NCBI GenBank assembly: GCA_043228905.1
Contig: JBHGNT010000022.1
Coordinates: 7,626,001-7,690,000, forward strand
Direction: 5' to 3'
Source of the DNA: Azolla caroliniana
Taxonomy: Eukaryota; Plantae; Polypodiophyta
DNA: 64,000 bases
Shown here: in pieces, positions 50,065 through 59,130 of the stretch
Position numbering within the stretch: position 1 is the first letter of the stretch
Layout: every line of letters starts with the position of its first letter
Notes under the pieces: generated by a model
Databases searched by the model: none
Seen by the model: only the letters and a program-made list of their open reading frames with translations
Told to the model about the DNA's origin: nothing
Made by a program: the position numbers and the translations under genes

Positions 50065-53000
50065 TTTCTGCAGCAGTTCGCTCTGATACCAGTTTATTGA
50101 GAATCAGCTCTTCCGATTCACCTTCACCACTCGGCCACAACCGAGTAATCTCCGAATCAATGGAGCAGAAAATAGGAAATACAGAGAAAGACACGATACA
50201 CAGGGATTAACGTGGAAAACCCTATACGGGAAAAACCACGGGAGTGCGAGACTCCAAACCAAACTATGCACAGAGAAATATACAATGGCGAGTTGCAAGG
50301 CAACGACCTTGCGCTCGCTTTCTTCGCCACAGGCGGCGGTATTACACAGAGGCGTCGACCTCTTCCTCTCTCACGCTCTATCTCGGCTGCTCTCACTTCG
50401 CTCCCTCTTAGTGGAAAAACAGAAAATGAGCAACAACAACTAAACTGTTTGCCCTAAGTCATATTTATACACATATGACTTTCGGGCTATTTACAAATAT
50501 AGCCTCAAGGGCTCTTGGCAAACATATTCACAAATATGTCCCCGCATCCGGATCTCGCTCCGGGTACATTCGTCATCCGGCTCCGTAACCGGGGTCTTCA
50601 GCATCCGGCTCCGTAGCCGGGGTATTCATCATCCGGCTCCGTAGCCGGGGTCTTCGTCATCCGGCTCCGTAGCCGGGGTCTTCATCATCCGGCTCCGTAG
50701 CCGGGGTCTTCATCATCCGGCTCCGTAGCCAGGGTCTTCATCATCCGGCTCCGTAGCCAGGGTCTTCGTCATCCGGCTCCGTAACCGCAACCGGGCTTGC
50801 CGTTATTCATCTCCGGACATCCCATCCGGAGGGACCGTAATCCCAACAGTCGGAACCACCAAGACCAGAGAATTCCGAAAACAGGCAACCAACAGCCGAA
50901 CAAGAAACAGTTGACAATTTGATAAACAAGCAACAGCCGACAGAAAATCGACAACAAGCAGAGAAGATGCGACAAAGGACAAGGATTAAACAAAAGGCTA
51001 ATCGGCAATTCCAACCAGAAAACAGTGAGGGATCAACACCGAAAAGGCAACGCACAAATGAAAATTCGAATACGCCTGTGGTAACAGAAGTACTAAAACC
51101 AGGGAATGAGAGCGTTTCGACACAACCTCACCAAGGACAATCTTCAAAAGTAGCAATTCGGGAAGCACATGGGTACTTGGATATCCCACCAGCAGCACAT
51201 GAATTAGCTGCCATTTTACAGTTCGGAACTTCATACGAACTGGTTGAATGGTTGGCTAAAAGACTGACAGAAGTATCAGAACGGCTGGCTCAAGAACATA
51301 ATGACCGAATAATGATACAGAAAGCCTTACGAGGAGTGTTGGAACCTCAAGAAAAAGCAGAGATAGAGAAAATAGGCCGGAAAAGAAGTGCACAGAATAG
51401 AGGGGAGGCTATTGAAATGCCACCATTACATGAAGCACTAGTCGAAATTCATAAAGAATATGAAACGGCACGCAAAGCAGCCAGTGATATGGCTGAAAGA
51501 TACAAAAGTGTATCAGCATCGGCGGAGGTGCTGAAACATCAGTTTTGTAACATACAGGCAGAAAATAAAGAACTAAAGGAAAGTCTAAACAAATGGGAAA
51601 CACAGGCACGGCTTATGGTGTCGGAGTCAGAATGGCAGCAGAAATTGGAGGACGTTGAGAAAGCACGTCAAGCAGAGACAACAAGGGCCAACAATGCTGT
51701 ATTTCGAACTACAGAATTAGAAAAACAAATAGAAACCATTCAGAATGGTCAATACAAAGTTCTCGAAGAAAAAAATCAAGTAATAAACGAATTACAGAAA
51801 AATCTAGAAGAAGCTAAGACGGCCAATCATACATATACCGAACAAATTGAAGAATTCGAAAGGTATATAGTGTCACAGGAAAGTCAATTGACAGAAAAAG
51901 AGCGGAGTCTTGAAGAAGTCAACAGAAGAATGACGGAACAGCAGGAGGAATGGAGTAAAGAGAAATCGGCATTCGAACAACAACTGGACGAAATTCGGAA
52001 GATATCGGAACAAAGACGGCTGGATATATATGTAGTCGAATCCAAACTAATGCGAGCTGAAATTGAGAACCGAACCACTATTACGGATTTACAGAAAGAG
52101 TTGCAGACCGCCCAATACGTCGCAAGCATCACTAGGGACAAAGTGCAGCACATCATAGGGAAACATCGAAACCTAGCAAAGAAAATGATCGATGAATCCC
52201 TTGCACAAGGATGGAAGTTATGGACAGCACAAGCGGCGGAATTACAGTTATTGCGTGCCGACAAAAATAACCGTCAGGTCCAAGGTGCAGGTTTTTTTTA
52301 AATGGCACAAAAGGATATTGACAATATCCAAGAGGATATCATGAAAGATATGGACGAAATTGCGGCATTTTACAGAGAAGAAATTCAACGTATTATGCAA
52401 GAATTCGACAAAAATGATATAGGCACTTCCGTCCAGTTGGATAAAATCGAAGCCGAAAGAACCAGCAAGACTCCTGGTATTCAAGCTTCCGGAAGAAGTG
52501 AACCAGAGCAGCCAACCGAATCACAACCTGCTCCGAAGGACGACTGTGACACAGATGAAGATGAAGAGGAAGATATAGGTGGAATACATCCAAGGCCAGA
52601 TGAGCCTTCGATTTTTGATATTCTGAACGATTCGGATGAAGAGCTACAGGAATAGGTGTGGGTTCGCTGGACAAGGTCCTGGCCCACGGATGTGCCAAGT
52701 GTTACCCGGACCCGGACAGTCAGTTTTACCGAACAAGTGGGAAAGCGTCGAAAACAGAGTCGGTTCGGATCGACTGTTCGGATCAATGACTCAGCAGTAA
52801 ACGAAGAGAACTAAGTTAGTTAGATAATTTTGTAAATCTTGATAGTAAGTAGGAATAGTTCTTGATGAGAAAAGACCTTCGGTATACCTATAAAAGGGAA
52901 CCGAAGGCATTGTAAGAAAGGTCGTTTTATTTAGTAATATAAGTTGAAGTTAGGAATATCCTGTATGGATTCTGTGTTCTTTCTATTGTCTATGTTCTTA

Positions 53001-54905
53001 AGTGCAAGCTTCCTAATTTATAACTAAGTAACGATCACGGTAATTACCGATTAATATAGTATAATTCCGTTCATAAAACACAATTCCTTGTTAGAACGTT
53101 GAGTAGCGACGTTCACTCTTCTGTATTGGTAGTAGTTAGTAATTAGCCGATTAACACGACCGCACGGAGAACGTTGCGGGCCAAGAGGAACCGCAACTCC
53201 ACTCCCTAGAGCGTACAACGACGGCCGACATCACGGAGGAAGTGACGGAAGAAACGAAGCCGCGACCGACCACAAGCCCGCCGACGGCTAAGCCAAACCC
53301 CCCAGCCCAAGAAGAGCCCACAGAACCTGGACCGCCCATATAGGATGATTGCGACACCATGAGAAGCCCTCCCTACCAAGCAAGGGAACCACACCACGAT
53401 GCACCTACGAGTCCTACGCCGTCCCCGGACACGGACACCATAGCAAAGCCAAACATCAGGGCCATTTTGGAAGAAGATTAAAGGGATGGGTCCGACGTAC
53501 CATGGCACTGTCCCACAAGCGTGCTGGGTGTTGTGCGCCGGAATAGTAACCGACGAACAAGAGCGCAGGAAAACGGAATAGTATAATATTGTAATGCATG
53601 TAACGGTTCACATGGGAAGCATGAACGGCTAAAAGACCCTGCGTATATAAAGGGCAAAAAAAACCTCTAATAGAGGTAGCGTGTAATTTTGAATGTAAGA
53701 GGCGTATTGTAATAGAGTTCTATCTTCCCTGATATCTATGTGTAGCTATGACTAATCTATTGTGTGTCTGTAACACTTGAGAGCGTAGGAGTAAGTAACG
53801 GTGTGTGCACTAGCCCACTGTCAAAGGAGCTCGGTTGTAGCCGTCTCCCTTATACGCTGCTAGGGTACAGGGAATATCCCACTAAGTATTACGCATAGAC
53901 GCTACCATTCGTTGTCACACAGTCACTTGGAGGTCTAGGTCGAAGGACTGACCGTAGATCGTGTTCCTAGTCGGTAACAACAATGCACCTCAATATGTTT
54001 GGTCTGTGCACGAAATACAAGATTTCGTGTAGTAGCCAATGCACTTTGACTATCTGTGAGAATATGTGGCAACATCAGTCTCCATGTAAAGATCTATCAA
54101 AAGGCGCCTCAACCATATACACTCCACTGTAGCTGTGAAAATTGCCCTGTACTCAGCGTCACAACTTAATGTCACCACAATAGGTTGCTTTTTACTCAAC
54201 CAAGATATACATGAGTTTCCAAGGAAGAAGCAATTACCACTAGTGGACACCCGAGTATCGTAACAACCAACCCAATCACTATCTATAAAAGCATGCAAGC
54301 ATGGCTGAGTATCTCTGCCATAAATGGGACCCAAGCTCAAAGTGCCTCTTCTTGCAAATCACCATTTAAGAAAGTTGTTTTTATGTCCAACTGATGCACT
54401 TTCCAACCTCTTTGGGCAGCCAATGCAACCACGGTTTGAATGGTAGTCATGCGTGAAGTAGGTGCAAAAGTGTCCTCATAATCAATGCCATATTGTTGTG
54501 CATATCCTTTGGCAACCAATCTAGCTTTGTAGCGATCAATGCTACCATCAGACTTTCATTTAATCTTGTAAACCCACTTAGTACCAATGACATTCTTACT
54601 TTTTGGCAATTCACATAACTCCCAAGTACCATTCTTATATATGGAATCCATTTCTGATTGCATAACATTCATCCAATCTGGATCATCACATGCATCTTCA
54701 AAAGTAAGATGCTCCTCGTTGCATGCTATTGCAACAATAGAATAATCCACAAAATTACTTGATGCATGACAAAAGCTTGATCTTGTTCTACCAAGTAAAG
54801 GTGCACTCTATTTGCTATCTTGCAAAGTTTGTTTCAGCCACTTTGGCATAGTTTGTGCACTCTTGATAGACATGCGCTCATTATGTAATACATCTTCAAT
54901 ATGTA

Positions 54906-55855
54906 CATCATGCGTATGTATTACAAAGTTCCTTGATCTTCAAGGTGTATGTCGTGATGGACATGTCTCTTTGTTGAATGTTGTTCAACTCTTGGCGGAG
55001 TTGAAGCCTTCTTGCGGTTGTGTTCGCCGCGAAAATCTTTCGTAGATTTTCCCATGCCTCCTTCATCGTCCTGCCTTCGCAAATGTAGCCGAGCATGTAA
55101 TCGTGAACACATATCGCCAAGCAATACATCACGGGGCTTGCGGCTTGCTCCCATGTCGTGTATCCGGGAGCCATTTCGATGGGTCGGTCTTCGTGCGCTC
55201 CTTTGATGTAGTTCCAATAGCCTTGTCCAACAAGGTATTGGTGCATCTTGTACTCCCAAGATGCGAAGTTGTTTCGATCCAACTTCTCGGTAGGGAGAGC
55301 GCTCCCCATTTGAGTATTCATTATGTCGATTCTTCTTCTTCTTCTTCTTCTCTCTTCGAATGCGAGCTATGTAGCGAAGCTACGATAGCGATGAGCCGGT
55401 TCTTGGTCGTCAGCATAGGACACAGTGCACGCAGATGGGCTAGATCGAGCTACCAAGTCGCTCTGATACCATGTAAAGAATCACGAGATGGATTTTGTGC
55501 AGCGGAATAGATATGAACTGTGTATGAGAGAGAGAGTGTGTGAGAGAGACAAGGAGTAAGACACAGAGAATACGCAAGGTAAAAGTATATTAACAAAGGA
55601 GAAAGACTCAACATTATACAAGGTGGGAGGAGGGTGCTTTATATAGTCACCCTCTCTCTTCATTAACTACAAGACTCATGGAGCATGGGGAATGTGAAAG
55701 CTCATAAGTTATGTGTCATAGAATATGATTATATGACTCATACTAAATGCTAGAATACGAAGTGGTGACATAATGGTGACTCTTGACCGTTGGAGTGTCT
55801 ATTCACTCTCAAGGTGAGTTCACACACTAGACCAAGTTGAGCTTGATTCTCAACA
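54906..55855 (-). mobile_element. 5' part of Copia element E2 (5' LTR 55472-55855, tRNA-iMet PBS 55460-55471, gag N-terminus)
   Basis: GCTCTGATACCA next to TGTAAAGAATC. ORF 54908..55321 reads EKLDRNNFASWEYKMHQYLVGQGYW..EAWENLRKIF. Confidence 0.85.
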
Positions 55856-56545
55856 CGTCCACTCATTCAGATTGTATTCTTCAAGAGCATTTTCGTTCTA
55901 AATTGGATCAATTTGATCCTTCATGATTAGATAATCCTGCATTTGCTCCTTCTAAAAATTGAACTTCCTGAGAATCATCTCTAATGAGCCGGATGTTGAA
56001 GCCATTTCTGATTTGTTTGACTGCTTGGGAAGTTTTGTCCGGGGTGGCTACGATCGGTAAGGGGGGGTGCAACCGACTAGTTCACCCAAACTTGATCTAG
56101 CCAAATTGGACACGAACTGAGTTGACTGATTTAGGATTTCACTCTGAGTGGCTATGACCAAGGAAGAGGGTACAACAGATTGGCCTACCTGAGGTGTGGT
56201 CTATTTAGATAGAGTGTGAATCGACCAAGTGCATATTCTTCTCATAGGATGTAAATTTGTAGTTCCCGATCGAAAAATTTCTGTCCAACAAAAATCTTGG
56301 AAAGTCTGTTCAATATGTTTTCATAGATCTTGAAGTCTTCAGTGGTCTAAATATAAGTGTTGGTGATGGGGCTGATGATGACCGGTAGTGGAAAAGAACC
56401 TTGCTTTGATACTAGATGTTGGAACATAGTCATGTATGTGCAGATAACAAATCAATATTGTGTAGTAATAGACTTTTAGGATAGGAGATTAGATAAATGA
56501 GGACAAAGATTAGACTTATGCAACTTAACAAGATTAAGTAAGATT
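55856..56545 (-). mobile_element. Decayed Copia 5' end (gag start, degenerate PBS ~56403-56414, LTR stub from ~56417)
   Basis: Minus strand reads KEQMQDYLIMKDQIDP..EW; GCTTTGATACTA resembles GCTCTGATACCA. Confidence 0.6.
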
Positions 56546-58500
56546 AATGAAATACATCCAAATGGACCAAATTGAGTCGGTTTGACTCTCTCGGTGCACT
56601 AGTTGGGTGTATGGTGGCGGCTTGCTTTCCGCACTGGTAGTGCTCACAGAATTGATGGTCCGAAAAAGAGAGTTTGGGAATAGATCCAGCCTTGGATAGG
56701 TGCAATGAGTACAAAGATGACACTAGGATATCCACCAAGAGTAATTCACCCTCTCTAAGTGTGAAGTACAATGGGTACAACAAGTTTACTTTTGGCCCAC
56801 AATCAAGTAGGAGGTTTCCTTTTGGAGTGTCCACCCTCTTGAGGAGAAGCCGACACGAATGCCAGCTTTGTCAAGTTGTCCCACCGAGATCAACAACCGT
56901 GTAAGCTTTGGGACATGTCAGACATCATGGAGAACTAAGATAGAGCCACTTGGAAGGTTGAGTTCTATTGTGCTGATGCCGATAATTGCACAATGCTGAG
57001 AGTTGTCGACACGGACCGAGTCGAAGTTCCGGGTTGTATACTTCTGAAATTATGACCGATGTGGAGTCAAGTAGCCAACTTATAGCTTCTTTAATCATGA
57101 ACAAAACTTCTAGTTTGACCATGTTCTCCACCATGAGGATGTTCAGATCCTCTGAAGTGATTTCGGATGTGGGGTTTACAGAATTCGAGATGGTAGATGT
57201 CACACCATAGAAGTTCACTTCCTCAGTTTGGTTGCCCTTTTGATCCAATTTCCGAGCCTTTTCATTTTTCGCCTTGAGGGCACGACATTACATTTTTATG
57301 TGTCTAGGCTTCTTGCAATAGTTGTGTATCTGTGTATCTCTGGACTTTCTTCGACCCCTCATATTTGTTGGCACTCGAGAAGAACTTCTTCCATGATTGT
57401 TCATTCGACCATTTGTACTCTGTACCATGAAGGCATCACTTGCGAATCTTGAATGAACATTTTACCCCGAGTGTGTTCAGACAGAATGGAGCTTGTAACC
57501 TCAGAGTACTTTATAACCGTAGCCAACGCATTGCATACGGTCGTAACGAAGGTTTCCCACGAAGGTGGAAGACTGCTCATCAATAATAGAGCTTTAAGCT
57601 CATCGTCGATCATCATTACTTGGGCCGAAATCTAGGAGATTGAGCCTTTGTAAGCATTCAAGTGTGCCATGAACGAATCGGATTCCTTCATCTAAAGGTT
57701 GTAAAGGCGTCGTATTAAGAAAATCTTTGTTGCGGTCACCTTTTCCTCGTAAGTGTCAACAATGTTTTCCACTATTCTTAAGTTGTCAAACACAATTGAA
57801 TTGTGTAATACACGAATTCGGAAAAAGGCATACAAATGGTAGCACGAGCTACTTGATCCAACTTCATCCAATCGTTTGGTTTGTACTCCTCTGGAGCATT
57901 CTCATTTTCGATTGGGTCAATTTGCCCCCTCACAATCAAATAGTCTTGCATCCGTTCCTTCTAAATTGAAGTTCGTGTCGTCGAACTTCCGAAGACTCAT
58001 TTCCGATGAGCCAGATGTTGAAGCCATTTTGATAATGCTTGGTTGGTTCGAAGTTCTGCTTGGAGTGGTTATGACCGAAAGAAGGTATGACCGTATCTGG
58101 TCTACCTGAAGTGCGATCTAGCTGAAGTGAGCACGAACGTAAAGAAGAAAGTTCCTCTTTCTCTCACGAACTGTGAGTTTGCAGTTGCCGAATGGGAGTT
58201 TTCAATCCAACAAGCTTGAAGTATCAAGAACAAAAAAAAAGACCTGCAACAGACGAACCTCGTGCTCCAATTATCAATACCAAATGTTGGAGGTGGTCGC
58301 CTTTAGTTCATTACAATATGATGATCTTGTCTACTACAATAGGACATAATGTGTATGTGATGAAACAAATAGAAAGATATCAATGGAAACTTGAGAGAGA
58401 CAAAGAAACAAAGAAATCTTGGAAACTATGTATTATCAAAATGAACCAACGATACAAACTAGATACAAACTTGGTTATAACCTAACCAAGAATGCCCTTT
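56546..58500 (-). mobile_element. Decayed Copia element (gag, protease, start of integrase), related to the previous remnant
   Basis: DDELKALLLMSSLPPSWETFVTTV, SWLLDS and CEHYQCGKQ..RLNLVHLDV. Shares GAGCC.GATGTTGAAGCCATTT with ~55985. LTR-like TGTTGG at 58285. Confidence 0.7.
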
Positions 58501-58739
58501 ATGATATTTACAAAGAATAGCCTAAATTAGTTTGTCTAGGACGGTAATGTGAATATGTCCATTATATGATCGTATTTGACACCTAGTTTGAAATGAGACC
58601 TTTTTCATTGTCAAGTAATGACCTATGTCTCTTATGTCCTTAGGATCATTGCTTGAGTTGAGTATGGATTTATAAATTTTGAAAGTTGCAAAATTTCTTT
58701 TTAAATTCTTGGAAGCAAGGTGTATCACTTATTCTTTCC

Positions 58740-59130
58740 CAAAAGACTCAACCCATTCCATCAATTCTTTCTTTGTCATTTTGGATGAATCATAGTGGCT
58801 ATATTCCTCGAGAAAGATCCATTTAAAACATTCCCAATTTGGGCTTCCATCTTGTATTTCAAGGATCTAAGCGTGAAGGCTTGTCATCACCAATCTTATG
58901 AAGCTCCCTAGAGTATAAAATTCACATGCCTCTACATGGCGAGAGACATCCCTCCCATAAAAGCGGCCATTGGTCTCCAAATTTCTTTCTATGGTGTTTT
59001 CAAGGCCGACTATACTATCTCTTTCTCAAAGATGCACATGTTCATCATTATTGACATCATCTATGAAAAATCTTCATTTCATACTCTTTCCATCATACTT
59101 GGCACTCTTCCACGTACGGTTCACTAGAGA
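58740..59130 (-). mobile_element. Old remnant of a B-like gag with a degenerate tRNA-Trp PBS
   Basis: Minus strand reads NGRFYGRDVSRHVEAC..SFIRLV..EIQDGSPNWECFK..KKELMEWVES, versus B NGQFNGNDVSRYLRDY..SFNRVA..KIRQQNSTWGSFE..RRKFDEWVAS. TAGTGAACCGTACGTGG at 59126-59110 resembles TGGTGAACCCGACGTGA. Confidence 0.65.

Larger units (their letters stand above)
45256..50848 (-). mobile_element. Young Ty1/Copia element D (Tnt1/Tork-like), full length
   Basis: LTRs 50095-50848 (5') and 45256-45981 (3'). TSD GTCGG at 45251-45255 and 50849-50853. tRNA-iMet PBS TGGTATCAGAGC at 50091-50080; PPT GAAGGGGGAG next to the 3' LTR. Confidence 0.96.
44604..52655 (+). pseudogene. Extra 3' ORF of Gypsy C (~817 aa reconstructed: globular N-terminal domain, long coiled coil, acidic tail), split by Copia D and one TAA
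   Basis: Removing D and one TSD copy joins 44604-45255 to 50854-52655 in frame (MPQS|EPPRPE...). The TAA at 52299-52301 aligns to Lys in A (GFYKL) and the frame continues to 52655. Confidence 0.85.
38189..53156 (+). mobile_element. Gypsy LTR retrotransposon C (same lineage as A, different family), nearly intact; host of D
   Basis: 457-bp LTRs 38189-38645 and 52700-53156 (TGTTA...TAACA, about 6 mismatches). TSD CGACC at 38184-38188 and 53157-53161. Confidence 0.95.
35784..53510 (+). pseudogene. Disrupted extra 3' ORF of Gypsy A (35784-38188 and 53162-~53510; split by C)
   Basis: ORFs 35784, 36562, 37105 and 37648 align with C's extra ORF: YFGPYSSSAKAYRT/YFGEYSPSAKAYQT; YLDIPDTVHEFSALLQFGTSFEL/YLDIPPAAHELAAILQFGTSYEL; LDKGWMAW/LAQGWKLW. 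Confidence 0.8.
24110..53979 (+). mobile_element. Gypsy LTR retrotransposon A (non-chromovirus, Athila/Tat-like), degenerate; host of B and C
   Basis: 5' LTR 24110-24475 plus 27978-28062 (split by B); 3' LTR 53529-53979; TG...CA ends. TSD ATAAT/ACAAT (one mismatch). PBS TGGCACGC at 28067. About 28 LTR mismatches in 451 bp by eye, mostly transitions. Confidence 0.92.
23632..54905 (-). mobile_element. Decayed Copia element E1: 3' LTR 23632-23906, RNase H end 23945-24109, RT/RNase H remnants 53980-54905; interrupted by Gypsy A
   Basis: LTR-like TGTAAGTG...GTGTAACA adjacent to a G-rich PPT on the minus strand. Removing element A restores TKHIEVHC|HYVRE. Also QDNVADIFAKAL, FIDSDWVG, WKVHQLDIKTTFLNGDLQEE and GTKWVYKIK. 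Confidence 0.75.

Noticed and set aside
46007-50100. Many plus-strand ORFs over Copia D
   Set aside because: Antisense shadows of a GC-rich gag-pol, with no recognisable motifs.
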